DNA of 63,204 bases, counting the filler, from Reclinomonas americana ATCC 50394 (lineage: Eukaryota): the NCBI GenBank assembly GCA_048213135.1. It is 5 parts of 2 records of this genome, joined end to end, with 100 filler letters (N's around TTAATTAATTAA, not from the genome) between each part and the next. Parts side by side here need not be neighbours in the genome. Positions count along the whole stretch, not along the records: positions 18,728 to 36,904 come from PS015747.1; 4 more parts are not named here. The stretch is one strand, 5' to 3'. Under the pieces are notes generated by a model. That model was not told where the DNA came from and did not search any database. It saw nothing but the letters and a program-made list of their open reading frames with translations. Of the stretch, positions 18,955 to 33,230 are shown one piece after another. Position 1 is the stretch's first letter. Every line of letters starts with the position of its first letter. The position numbers and the translations under genes are program-made.

Positions 18955-21900
18955 ATCCTCGCAACTAACGATTGTTACTGCTGGATTGGTCGCCACACTT
19001 TCAGGTCTGGTGTCGGTCGTGGTGAACAAAATACAACAAAAGTGGCATACTGACTGGCCCAACCTCTTGCAGTAACCATTTCGGTCAATGACGGCAACGG
19101 CGGCTCTCTCTCCAAGACTTTTACGATCCTCCGTTGCGTTCATCCCCCCTCGTGATTTTGGGATCCCCTTCTGATATTGCTTTACGCCTTCCTGCAGCCC
19201 TCACAACTCCTGCAAAGCCCACGCTGTCGCCCTCCACCTACACGCCTCCACTGGCTCTCAACGGCGTCATTGGCGCGTTATCGGCCACAGATCCGAACCC
19301 ATTGCAAACGCTGACGTTCACGATCATTGGCGGCGTCGATCAGGCATCGTTTGCCGTCTCTGGAAGCAACCTTGTGTCGGCAATTGCAGGCCTCACTGGC
19401 AACGGACTGCAAGTCACTGTGCGTGTCGCCAACACACTCGGAGCGAGCAATACTAATACGTTCTCCATCAGCGAGAGTTGCGCCATTGTTTCCCTCTCAC
19501 GGAAGTCTGCCCCGTCGTACTCAACAGGTTTTCTGCACAGCAAACGTGACGCCGTCTGCGCCGGCCCTCTCTACGTCCACCTACATACCGCCGCTCGCGT
19601 TGAACAGCGTGATCGGGACGCTATCTTCGACAGACCCCAACACGGGCCAGACTCTGACATACACCATCATCGGCGGCACGAATCAGGCCTTGTTCAACAT
19701 CAGTGGCACGAGTCTGCGCTCCAATGTGGCTGCATTGACAGGCAATTTGTTGCAAGTAACTGTGCAAGTGAGTGACGGCGCCGGAGGAACGAAAAGCACC
19801 ACGTTTTCCATTAGCGAAGGTGCATTGTGCCGCGAGTCATTTGCCTCATTTTTTACTTCTCACCTACTTTCTTTTGCTTGTGGCAGCCAATGTGTTGCCC
19901 ACGGCGCCGATACTCTCCTCGTTGACATACACACCACCGCTGGCCCTCAATGGAGTGATCGGCACCCTGTCGTCGACGGATCCGAACACTGGCCAGTCGT
20001 TGACGTACACCATTACGGGCGGCGCGAATCAGGCCTCCTTCAACATCAGTGGCACAAGCTTGCGCTCCAATGTGGCAGGACTGAGTGGTAATGGACTTCA
20101 AGTAACCGTGCAAGTGAGTGATGGAGCAGGAGGCACGGCAAGCACAACGTTTAGCATAAGCGAAGGTGAGAGAGAGTCTTGTTCTTGTGGGTTCCATGAG
20201 TTTCTCACTCTTGCTTCTTCCTCCTGCCAGCCAATGTGCTGCCCACCGCACCGACTCTCTCCGCGTCCACCTACATACCACCGCTCGCGATGAATGGCGT
20301 GATTGGCGCGTTGTCATCCACAGATCCAAACACTGGTCAGACGCTTGCCTTCACTATTACCGGCGGCACGAGCCAGGCTTCGTTCAATATCAGCGGCACG
20401 AGCTTGCGCTCAAATGTGGCTGGCCTGACTGGTAATGGACTGCAAGTAATCGTGCAAGTGAGCGATGGAGCTGGTGGAACAGCCAGCACGACATTTACAC
20501 TCAACGAAGGTGAGTTGTTGTTGAAGTCAGCGAAAATTGCTTTGCGTCGAGTTTCTCATTGTATGTATTGTGGACAGCTAATGTGCTGCCGACTGCACCA
20601 ACACTCTCTTCGTTGACGTACCCACCGCCGCTAGCACTGAACGGGGTGATCGGCACGCTGGCGTCAACAGATGTCAACACGGGGCAGACGCTCACCTTCA
20701 CTATTACTGGCGGCACGAATCAAGCTTCGTTCAACATCAGCGGCACGAATTTGCGTTCGAGCGTGGCAGGACTGACGGGTAATGCATTGCAAGTGACTGT
20801 GCAAGTGAGCGACGGCGCTGGCGGAACGAACAGTACCACATATTCAATAAGCGAAGGTGTGTCGCTGTTCGCGTGACTGTGTCTTCGTGTTATTTGGTCT
20901 CATTGATTGCTCTCTGACAGGCAATGTGCTGCCGACGGCACCGACTCTGTCTTCCTCGACGTACATTCCACCTTTGGCTATGAATGGCATCATCGGCGTA
21001 TTGTCGTCGACCGATGCCAATACGGGCCAGACGCTGACCTACACAATCACCGGTGGCACAAGTCAGGCCTCGTTCAATATCAGCGGTACGAGTTTGCGCT
21101 CCAGTGTGTCAGGACTGACCGGAAATCTGCTGCAAGTGACGGTGCAAGTGAGCGATGGCGCTGGAGGAACGGCGAGCACGACGTTCTTGATCAGCGAAGG
21201 TGACCTAATCAATGTTCTCCCTATCTCTCTTCACGCTCTCGTTTCCATTGGCTGACGCTGCTCGCGTTGCTTCACAGCCAATGTGCTGCCCACTGCGCCG
21301 ACGCTCTCTTCATCCACCTACGTGCCGCCGCTGGCGCTGAATGGCGTGATCGGCACGCTCTCTTCCACAGATCCAAACACTGGCCAGACTCTGACATACA
21401 CCATCATCGGCGGCACGAATCAGGCCTTGTTCAACATCATTGGCACGAATCTTTTCTCGAATGTTGCTGGACTGATGGGCAATGGGCTGCAAGTGACAGT
21501 GCAAGTAAGCGATGGCGCAGGAGGAACGAATAGTACCACATTTACAATCAGCGAAGGTGCGTCGCGGTTCGAAGTCAAGTTTCCCATTCTTGCATCTCAC
21601 CCATTTTCCGTGTTGGCAGCCAATGTGCTACCCACCGCACCGACACTCTCCTCGTTGACGTATGCGCCACCGCTGGCCCTCAATGGAGTGATCGGCACGC
21701 TGGCGTCGACAGATGCAAACACCGGGCAGACGCTGACGTACACCATCACCGGCGGCACGAATCAGGCCTCCTTCAACATCAGCGGCACCAGCTTGCGTTC
21801 GAATGTGGCTGGCCTCACCGGAAACAATCTACAAGTGACTGTGCAAGTGAGTGATGGAGCAGGTGGCACGGCAAACACGACATTCACCGTTAGCGAAGGT

Positions 21901-24900
21901 GAGTGGGAGTCTTGTACTCTTGAGCTGTGTGTTTGATGAGTTACTTACTCACTCCTGCTTCTTCATCCCGCCAGCCAATGTGGTACCCACTGCGCCGACT
22001 CTCTCCACGTCCACCTACATACCGCCGCTGGCACTGAACGGCGTGATTGGCACGCTCTCTTCGACAGACCCCAACACGGGCCAGACTCTGACATACACCA
22101 TCATCGGCGGCACGAGTCAGACCTCGTTCACCATCAGTGGCACGAGCCTTCTCTCGAATGTTGCTGGCCTGACGAGCAATGGGTTGCAGGTGACTTTACA
22201 AGTGAGCGACGGCGCCGGAGGAACAGCCAGCACGACGTTTACTCTCAACGAAGGTGAGAAGTCCTTGTGTAGTTGCCATAGACCTTGTCGTTCTGTTAAC
22301 ATTCTGCTCTCTTGTCTCACCAGCAAACGTGATACCAACTGCGCCTACGCTCTCCACGTCTGCCTACATTCCACCGCTGGCCTTGAACGGAGTGATTGCC
22401 ACTTTGTCATCGGTGGATCCGAATACTGGCCAGATGCTCACATTCACCATTACTGGCGGCACAAACCAGGCCTCATTCAACATTAGTGGCACGAGCTTGC
22501 GCTCCAATGTTGCGGGCTTGACTGGCAACGGGCTGCAAGTGACCGTACAAGTGAACGATGGAGCTGGCGGAACGAACAGCAGTACATTCTCAATCAGCGA
22601 AGGTTTGAAATGCGTCAGCCTGTGCATGACTTCCATGTTTCTCACTCTTCTCTTTGCACTCGCAGCCAACGTAACGCCTACCGCTCCAACTCTGTCATCC
22701 ATGACGTACACGCCGCCGCTTGTGATGAATGGCGTGATTGGCACGCTGTCTTCGACGGATCCCAACACTGGACAAACCCTGCTGTTCACCATTGTCGGCG
22801 GCACCGATGCGTCGTCATTCAACATCAGCGGCTCGAGCTTGCGGTCGAATGTGGCTGCGCTGACCGGAAACGGACTGCAAATCACCGTGCAAGTGAGCGA
22901 CGGTGCCGGCGGCGTGGCGAGCAGCATATTCACCATCAGCGAAGGTGCGTATGTGTGTAACTGTCGTCCTTCTTTGGCGCAAACTCACACTTCTTGCAGC
23001 CAACGTCGTGCCCACTGCGCCGATCCTTTCCTCGAACATCTACACGCCACCATTGGCTCTGAATGGTGTCATTGGCACGCTGTCGTCTGTGGACCCGAAC
23101 ACTGGACAGACGCTGACTTTTGCAATCACGGGCGGCACGAATCAGGCCTCATTCAACATCAGTGGCGCCAGTCTGCGGTCGAATGTGGCTGGTCTCACTG
23201 GTAGCGGACTGCAAGTGACTGTGCGCGTGAGCGACGGAGCCGGTGGAGTGGCCAATGCCACGTTCACAATCAGCGAATGTGAGAGACTTCTATCGTCAAC
23301 AGCATCTTGTGGCTGGATGACTCATGCATTCTATCGTGCAGCAAACGTCAACCCTAGTGCGCCAACTCTGTCCTCCACCTTGTACGTGCCGCCGCTTGCC
23401 CTCAACGGCACGATTGGCACTCTCGTGTCGACCGACGCCAACACGGGTCAGACCCTGACGTTCACCATCACTGGCGGTACACACTCGACGCGCTTCAACA
23501 TCAGCGGCACGACGCTGCGCTCCAACGTGGCCGGCCTCACCGGCAACAGCTTGCAGGTGGTGGTGCTGGTGAGCGATGGAGCAGGTGGATCGGCCAGCAG
23601 CACGTTTTCGATTTCTGAGAGTTGCGTGCATCACGTAAACGCTGTCGCGTACCCACCGTGTGACTGACAAGAGTGAGCAGGCAACGTGATACCGTCGGTG
23701 CCGACGTTGTCGACCAGCTTGTACACTCCACCGCTCGCTGTGAACGGCATCATTGGAGCGCTGTCATCGAGCGATCCCAACACTGGTCAGACGCTTGTGT
23801 TCTCGATTGCGGGTGGCGCGGATCAGGCGTCCTTTGTCATCATCGGCTCGAATCTGTGCTCGAATGTGGCGGGGTTGACCGGCAATGGTCTGCAGGTGTC
23901 GGTGAGCGTCAGCGACGGCGCAGGTGGAGTCGCCAGTTCCATGTTCAGCATCAGTGAGGGTGAGTCTCTTGACGGACTGTTGCTCGAGCACGTCGTTGCG
24001 CTCATCTCTGGTGTGTGTTTGTGTGCAGTGAACGTGCTGCCGACGGCTCCTGTTCTGTCGAACAACCTGTTTGTGCCGCCGCTGCCACTGAATGGCGTGA
24101 TTGGCGCGCTATCGTCTGTCGACCCAAACACGGGACAGATGCTGGTGTTCAGCATCACCGGCGGCACCAATGCAGCTCTGTTCAACATCAGCGGCTCGTC
24201 GCTACGGAGCAATGTGGTGGGCCTGACGGGCTACAATCTGCAAGTGACGGTGCAAGTGAGTGATGGGGCGGGCGGCACGGCGAGTGCAATGTTCTCCATC
24301 AGCGAAGGTACGTTATTCAGAATGCGGTGATTGGATTGTGCACGACTCTCAACATGATTTCCATCTGCACAGCAAATGTGGCTCCGAGCAGCATCACACT
24401 GTCGTCGTTGCTATACGATCCAACGCAACTGCCTCTCGCTCTGGTCGGCACACTCAGCTGTGCCGACGTGAACACGGGGCAGACGTGCTCCTTCACTGTG
24501 CTCCCCACTGGCGACGGTCCTCTGTTTCGAGTGACGAACGGCAATCAGCTGTTTATCAGCAGCGCTACCGAGACGACCACACCACTCAGCGTCAGCATCC
24601 AGGCAACAGACAGTGGTACGCCACCGCTTTCGTTCACGCAGCTGTTTACCATCAATGCTGGTGAGTTCGCAGATGACATCATGTTTCTTCTATTTCCTAA
24701 AATACTCACTTGCTGTTTCTGCTCACCGCAGCCAATCTCCCGCCTACCGGTCTCACGCTCTCTCCGACTGACTATCGTCCGCCGCTGGCCCTGAACTCTG
24801 TGGTTGGCACGCTGTCGGCCACGGATGCCAACTGTTGCCAGACGCTGACGTACCGGCTGGTGGGCGGCGCTGATCAGGCCAAGTTTGCGATTGTGGGCAA

Positions 24901-27900
24901 TCAGCTGCGCAGCAACGTGGCTGGCGGACTCACGGGCACCGGGTTGCAAGTGAGTGTGGAGGTGGCGGACGGCGCTGGAGGGACGCAGGTCAGGTCGTTT
25001 GTGGTTGACGAAGGTGCGAGGCGGAGAAGGGGAGGATAGGGCAAAGGGGGAAGAGGGACAGAGTAAGAGAGAGAGGGGGGGGGAGGGAAAGAGGAGAGGG
25101 GGTGAAATCGTGAAATTACTCTCGTGGTTTAAGCTGCAGAGTTTATGAGAGAGAGAGAGACTGAGATTAACAAACAAAGGCAGTTTGAGAGAGAAAAAAG
25201 AATGAGACATCGAATGAGACAGCGAGGGAAGGAGAGACCGGGAGACAGAGAGAGAGAAAGAGAGGCATAGACGTATACAATGTAATGGAGACGACAGAAT
25301 GAACCGAGAGAGATAATAGAATTAGACATTGCATGAGACAGCGAGGAGGGAGAGCAAACTGAATGAACCAGAGTGAGAGAGAGAACGGAATGAGACTTTG
25401 AATGAGACAGCAAAGAAAAAGAAGACAGAGAGGAGGGGAGAGAGATACAAATAGACGTTATACCGTGTGTGAGAGAAATAAGATTAACACGAGAGAGAGA
25501 GAGAGAGAGAGAGAAAGAGATGATAGAGCGAGACATTGCATGGGTCAGAGAATGAGAGAAACAGTGGTGTTGTACCTCGTGAGAGAGCAAAGTGAATAAA
25601 CCAGAGAGAGTAACAACAGAATGAGACATTGCACGAGGCAGCAAGGGAAGGAGAGACTGAGAGGAGTGAGAGACAGATAGACGCGCACAGCGTGTGAGAG
25701 AAAAGAAACGAAACCGAGAGAGAAACTGAGGAAGACATTGAATGAGACAGCGAGGAAAGGAAGACAGAGAGAGAGACAGAGATAGGGAGCGAGAGAGAGA
25801 TGACAGAATGAGACATTGAATGAGACAAAGAGGGAAGGAGAGACAGAGACGAGGGATATTATTGCTGCCCCTTTCCATTGCTCTCTCGTTTAATTCTTCC
25901 CTCTCTAACCATTCTCTTGCCGCTTGCAACGCAGTGAATATCCCCTCCACTCGCATCGTGCTCTCTGCCGCGACATACTCCCCGCCAACGGCGGCCGCCA
26001 ATCAACTCATCGGCTCGCTGTCCACTGTGGATCTCAACTGCTGTCAAGTGTTTTCGTACACGATTTCCGGTGGCGCAGACGCTGCGCTCTTCGACATTAT
26101 CAACGGCAACCAGTTGGTGCTGCGCCTTGCCGGTCAGCGTGGAAGCAACTTGTCGGTCACCATTCAGTCGACCGATAATGCCATGCCTGCGCTTTCCATG
26201 CAACAATCGTTCAGCGTCAACGAGGGTGAGCTGTCTGGTTGTGGAACTTCGCATTTGATGTACGCTTATTCACCATCTTCGCATGCAGTCAATGTGCCAC
26301 CAACTGACATTACACTGTCGTCGAACACATATGCACCGCCGACTGCGATGACTGGCGTCATTGTCGGCACGCTTTCGACGGTGGACGGCAACAGCAACGA
26401 GTCGTTCACGTACTCGGTTGTTGGCGGTGCTGCGTCTTTGTACTTTTCCATTGTCAACGACAATCAGCTGGCTCTCCTGCCGGTGGGACTGGTGGGCAAT
26501 GGATTCCGTGTGATTGTTCGCACAGCGGATCGATTTGGCGTCACGTTTGACAAGATGTTCACCGTGAATGATGGTGCGGAAGGAGGGGAAGGGAGAAGAG
26601 GAGAGAGGGAGAGGGAGAGGGGAGAGGGGAGAGGGAGTGAGAGAGTGAGGAATGGGCCAACGGATGAAGCTGCAACCTGTGGCTTCAGTCTTGTAATCTG
26701 ATTATATCCTCATTCTTCCTTTCNNNNNNNNNNNNNNNNNNNNNNNNNNNNNNNNNNNNNNNNNNNNNNNNNNNNNNNNNNNNNTCTTGTTCACCCTTGT
26801 TGATGTGGATTTCGGTGGGTGTTTTCAGTTGTACTGTCATTCATTTCTCTCTCTCTCTCTCATGCGTCTGGCGTTCGAGCGTTGTTTGGTTGTATCGTGC
26901 TGTACATTTCCTGTTTTATTACTTGATGGTGTTCCTGCTCGTTGATGTGATGTTGGTGGGCGTATGTATTGTATAATTGTCTCCCATTTTCGCTCCCTTC
27001 CCTCCCTGGCCTTCTTCTCCCTTCCATGGCCACCTCTGTCAGACATTGAGCTTTCGTACGTTCCCTGTTGTTTCCTGCTGCTCACTCTTTCTCATCGAAT
27101 GTGCGTTGTATTCACTTTTGTCCTCCCCCTCGTACAGCCAATGTTCCGCCGACCGACATGGCGCTGTCGACCAATGTCTACACGCCCAACTGGCCCCTTT
27201 CCAACTTGGTTGTCGGTGTGCTGTCAGTGACCGACGCCAACATTGCCGACACGTACACCTTCAGTGTCACCGGCGGCGCTGATGCTGCGAGCTTCACGGT
27301 CAATGGCTCCTCACTGGTCACTCGCGTGGCTCGCGTCACCGGGAACAGGCTTGTTGTTGAAGTTACTGGCACGTGTGCGGCCAGCGGCGATGTGATTACG
27401 CGGACATTCACCCTGGATGAGAGTTTCGTGACTCGACGAGCCAACGCTCATTCAGTAACATGCTCTGCTCACCACTCTCTCTCTCTCTCTCTCTCTCTGT
27501 GCTCCCCAACACAGGGAACGTTTTCCCCACCGCGGTGCAACTTAGCAATACGTCGTATGTGCCACCCGGCACGACTGCCAACGTGGTTGTCGGCGCTCTG
27601 ACGGCTGTGGACGACAATTGCTGCCAGACATTTACGTTTGCTGTTGTCGGCGGCATCGATGCTATGCGGTTCTACGTTGGCTCAGATTCGATGCTGTATC
27701 TGCGCTACGACACGTCGATTGTGTCGCGACTGCAAGTGCAGCTTCAAGTGAGCGATGGACTTGGTGGACAATGTGTCAGCTCGTTCACCATATCGGAAGG
27801 TGCGTTCGAGAGAAGGGCGACGGCACGTCAGAGATGGAGGAAGAGGAAGAAGAGACGATCCTTTGTTTTCGGCCGCACTCTCACGCTAATTTTCTCCTTC

Positions 27901-30900
27901 CTTCACAGCCAATGTGCAACCGACGGACATTTTGCTCTCATCATCGACGTACGTGCCGCGGAGTGCCGTCGGCAACATGATCATCGGCACGCTCTCGACG
28001 GTGGACGCCAATGTCGGGCAGGATCATGTGTATGCGGTGGTCGGCGGTGCGGCACAGGCTCAGTTTACCGTGACCAATTCCAACAAGCTGCTCCTCGTGC
28101 CGGCCAACGTCACCGGCAATGGACTTGAGGTGGTGGTGCGCACCACGGATGCTGCTGGTCTTGTGTTTGACAAGACGCTCCTGATCAACGAAGGTGCGTC
28201 TGAATGAGCTGAGGTGGTACCACACTGTTCGCTGATTATGTGGTTGCATGCAGTCAACGTGCCTCCGTCGAACATCCGGCTGCTTCCCAACGCAACCTAT
28301 ACGCCCCCGACAGTGGCACCTAACACGGTTATCGGTACACTGGCCACGGACGACGACAACACCAACGACTCATTCACGTACACGCTGCTGGGTGGACCCT
28401 CTGCTTCCCTCTTCCGGATCATCAATGGCTCGACATTGGCGCTGCGCAGTGCGCAACAACGCGGCGCCCGGTTCACTGTCACAGTGCGCTCGACGGACTC
28501 GGGAGGGGCGTTCCTGGACAAAGTCCTGATTATCACCGATGGTGTGTGGTTTGACATTCACGTGCTTTTGTGTTTGTGGATGTGTGCTTTGCTGATCGTT
28601 ATCAATCTGGACAGTGCCTGTCGCGCCGACGGACATTCTACTGTCGAATGCCGTGTACACGCCGCCTGTTGCCGTGGTGAACACGCTGGTTGGCATCTTG
28701 TCGGCAGTGGACGGCAACACCGAGGACACGTTCACGTATGAGATTGTGCCGGGAATGGATGCGGTGAGTGTGGGGGACGGAAGAAGTAGAAGCGACGATA
28801 AGAACTTTTGAAGGAGGAAGAGTAGTTGATCAAGTGACAAGGGTGAGAGAGCAAGACAACAGACATTGTGCGACAGATTGGATGTGGGGGAGAAGAAGGA
28901 GGAAGGGAGGGCGACGATAGAGAGTCGAACTGGCTGCAAGAACTCTAGAAGGAGGACGAGTAGTCGATCAAGTGACAAGGGCGAGAGAGCAAGACAACAT
29001 AAACTGTGTGAGACAATGAAAATGGGGGAAGAAGAAGGAGGAAGGGAGTGCGACGATTAAGAGCCGAGCTGGCCGCAGTAGTACTCGGGACAAGGGTTAG
29101 AAATAGAGAGCAAGACTACGGACGTATTGCAAGAGAATTGATTTTCTATGTGTTAAGGGAGATGAAGGAAGCAGTAGTGCTACAAACAGGAAGTGTTAGA
29201 GTGAGGAAAGAGAGCACGGGAAGTGCAATAGAGGCGGCAGGGAGAGTGACTGACGGGTTGGCGTTGTATGAGAAGTGAGACAGTATCGGTGTGTTCCACT
29301 CATATCTCTGTTTCTTCCGTAGTCGCACTTTGACGTTACCGACGACCAGCTGGTGATGACGCAAGTTGGTGACACGGGGACGCTGCGAGTGAGGATCACG
29401 GTCACGGATTCAACAGAAAACACGTTCACGAAGCTCTTTGTGATCGACGAGGGTGCGTTAAAGGAATCCCGACTCGCCAGTTCATCATACATCATGCTCA
29501 ATCCTGCACAGCGCATTTGATGCCCACGGCACTGACGATGAATCGCACTACTTTCCCACTGGGTCTTGCACTCGGCGGCACCATTGCAACCCTGCACACC
29601 GCCCATCCGAATTGCTGTGTCAGCCTGGTATATTCGATTGTTGGAGGCGCGGATGCGGTTCGTGTTTTCCATGCATATTCTTCTTCGTTGGTCTTTTTGG
29701 ATCTCACTCCATATGTGTGTTTGCAGGCCAAGTTCCGCATCCAAGGTGACAAGCTGGTGTCAGATGTGTCTCCACTCATTGGCGCGAACCTGGAGGTGGC
29801 AGTACAGACCGACGACCAGCAGGGTGGCGTGCTGCAGAAGACGTTTTTGATTTCCGAAGGTGATTTTGCATCTGCCACTGTGTGCGCTTCTTCGTAACTC
29901 ATGGCACTCACCGGACATGTGGATGCTTTCGTTTTACAGAGGCCGTCGCACCCAGTGCACTTTCCCTCTCGGCCACCACTTACGTGCCACGCACGCTGAT
30001 ACTTAACTATGTTGTCGGCACGCTGACGACCACCGATGCCAACTGCTGCGATTCGTTCACGTATTCGATTCGGGGAGGCGGTCAGGCGACCCTGTTCAAC
30101 ATTGCTGGCAACAAGCTGCGCTTCACAAAGGAGAACATTGGCGGTCAGCTGCTGGAGGTGACGGTGCGCACGACGGATTCGGGCGGCTTGTGGTTGGAGA
30201 AGACATTTTCCATCATGGAGGGTGAGTGCAAAACAACGAATGCTTGTCGATGCCGCTCATCAATGCCTGTCATGACAGCAAATGCGGTGCCGGTGGGCGT
30301 GGCGATTGAACCGCTGCTGTTCAAGGGGCCGGCGTCGCGGAATGGGCTGGTGGGGCGTCTTCGTGCGCTGGATGCCAATTGTTGTCAGTCGCACACGTTT
30401 ACGTTGGTTGGCGGCGCTGCTCAGGTTCTTCATTGTCCACTTGTTGACGTGTGCTTGTCTATTTGTGGAGGTGAAGAGATCGCTGACCTTTGGCATGCGC
30501 ACCGCAGGACAAATTCTACATTGCTACCACGGAGCTGAGGGTGAATGTGGATCGGTTGTCGGGCAGTGGGATGGAGGTAGTAATTCTGGTGGATGACGGG
30601 CAGGGTGGTCGGGTGAACAGCACGCTGGTGATTGGAGAAGGTGAGGAGAGGGAGAAGAAGAGGGAGGGGAAAGGAGAGGGAATAGGAGAGGGGGAGGAGA
30701 GGGAGGGAGAGGAGAGGGAGGGAGAAGAGGGTAGGAAGAGGAGATGGAAGAGGGAGAGAGAGGATGGGAAAAGAGAGGGAGGGAGGGGGAAGGGGGAAAG
30801 GGAAAGGAAGAGGAGAGGGAAAGGAAGAGGAGAGGGAGGGAAAGGGATGAAAGAGGGAGGGAGAGGAGAGGGAGGGCAAGGAGAGGGGAGAGGAGAGGGT

Positions 30901-33195
30901 GGGAATTGGAGAGGGAGAGAGAACAAAGGGAGGGCATTGGAGAGGGAGAGGAGGCAAAATGCATGAGAATTGTGGAGGGGAAAGACGAGGTGAGAGTGAG
31001 CGATCGGCGATGCAGGTGCTGACGCTCGTGTCAAAGTAGGATGAGTGTGTGAGAGAGAGGAAGAGATGAGAACAACAAAGTACGCAGCAGAAAGAAGCTT
31101 GTCTGTTGATTATCGCGGAAAGGAAAAGCCTGTTAATATGTATCCGCTGTCTGTGTTAGGTTTAGAGTGATAGGTTACCTGTTCCCCCTTGCGATGGAGA
31201 TTGTGCTGATGTGCCTGGACGTGACACTCACCGCGCCACTCACAGAGCCACCGCCGCCTCCGCCTCCTCCGTCCGTCTCCCTCGCCCCTGGCGTGGCAAC
31301 AAGTATTCCCTCCGGCACCACAACGCTGGCCACCAGTGTGGTGTATGCCAACTCGGGCAACTCGGTCAACTGGCTTTCTTCTGCCGTGATGACAACGAAA
31401 GTCAATGTGGAGCTGTGGGTGCTTGTGAATGGTGCGTGTTGCTCGCAACTTGACTCAAAGAGCTGGATAACTTCTCAACCTTTCGCGTCACAGGTACTTT
31501 TGTAAAGGAAACCGAGTTGGTCAGTGGAGTGGACAGCACATTGTCGACGGCGGAACTGGATGCGTCGCTGAAGACGGTGAAGGGTCTGGTGTCGTCGAGT
31601 GCCACGTTTAGGGTGGTGGTGACGGAGGCGTCGACGAATGGCACGGTGGTGGGGTTGACGGATCCGTTTATACTGAAATGTGAGGGTCAAGGGGAAGGAG
31701 GAGGGGAAGGGGGAAGAGGAATAGAAAGGGAGTGGAGAAAGAGGCAGGAACTTGTGGAGGAGAAAGTGGGGTAACACGAGAAAAGGGAGAGAAAGTGCAG
31801 AATTGTAGGGGCATTCAGATCAGGAGAGAGAAGAGTGAGGACGGGGGAGATGAGAGACAGACATGAAGTAAGAGAGTGAGAAAGGAATTTAATGACGGAG
31901 GAGAGAGAGATATGAGAGGACGAAGAGGCAGAGCACAGAGAGACAGATAGGAAACAGAAGAGTGAGAAAGGAGTCTAGTGGCAGTGGCGAGAGAGAAATG
32001 AGAGGACGATGAGAGACAGAGACACAGAGAGAGACAGAAAGTAAGAGTGAGAAAGGAGTTTAATGGCAGGAGAGAGAGAGAGAGAGATGAGAGGACGATG
32101 AGAGACAAAGACACAGAGAGAGACAGAAAGTAAGAGAGAGAAAGGAGTATAGTGGCAGACGAGTGAGAGGCGTGTGGGAGAATTGATCAGCAAAAGCACA
32201 GAAAGAGAATCGGAGAATGAGAGAGAGCTTAAACAGGGTCTCGAAAGCTGAGATATAGAGTGTCATCATAGATGTATGTGCGAGGACTAAAGGGGAGGAA
32301 AGATGAAGACAGAGAAAGAGACATGCCAGCGGATTCGTACGCAGAACAAGAAACGGAGAGTTGACTGAGGATGGAGCGAGATTGTGAGGAACGTGAGTGG
32401 AGCCGGCGAGCAAGAGTAGCATAGTTGCTTGATGGAAGAGAAAGGCATCGAGCAATTGACTGCACACTCACTCCGTTGCAGATCCGAGCATTGCAAGTCG
32501 TGCATCGGCCACTCAGACGGAACCAGCGTCAATCATTGAGCCGCTGTTTGTCACGTGGATTTGCGACGGTCCGCCCAAGGCCACCAACTTTACCATAAGT
32601 GTGAGTCTTGCATGACCGTCTGATTGAGAAGCGTCAGTCAGCACTTACACAAGCTGCAGTTGCAACAACGGCCCAGCTCTGGCGGCTCGCTCGTGTCACG
32701 TGGGCGTGTGGCGACGCACGTGCTCGGCGCGTGCACTGCCGGTGCCAGCTCCACGGTCTCGACATCGCGTGATGCGATCAGCGGCACAGCCGCCGAGCTG
32801 GCACGTGCACTGAACGGCACCAACACGGCTGCGCTGACGCTGGCCACGAGTGCCAGCGGGCTGAGACTGCAGAGTGGTACCGATTATGTGTTCGAGGTGA
32901 CACCAGAGGTCGACGATGTGTCGTTGTATGACATCTCGCCGACGGCGGCATTCCGAGTGTTTGGTGAGTGGTGGAAGGGGGGCAGGGGGTGGTGGAGAAG
33001 ATTGATGATGAGAGTGGAGATGTCTTTGATGACAGATGGATGTCAGCAGATTTGGTGATTTGGGAGAGAGAGGCTAGTGATAGAAATGATGATTGTGATG
33101 AATGAGGGGCGCATGTGGCTGCGACAGGGAGGCAGATGGTGGTGTGTAGATGAGATAATATGAGAGTGAGATCGTGACTGGAGAGGGGGAGTGCT

Positions 33196-33230
<35 letters not shown>

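Noticed and set aside
19198..24307. Regular repeat/variable-spacer pattern resembling a CRISPR-like array
   Set aside because: The repeats are coding exons and the spacers are GT-AG introns.
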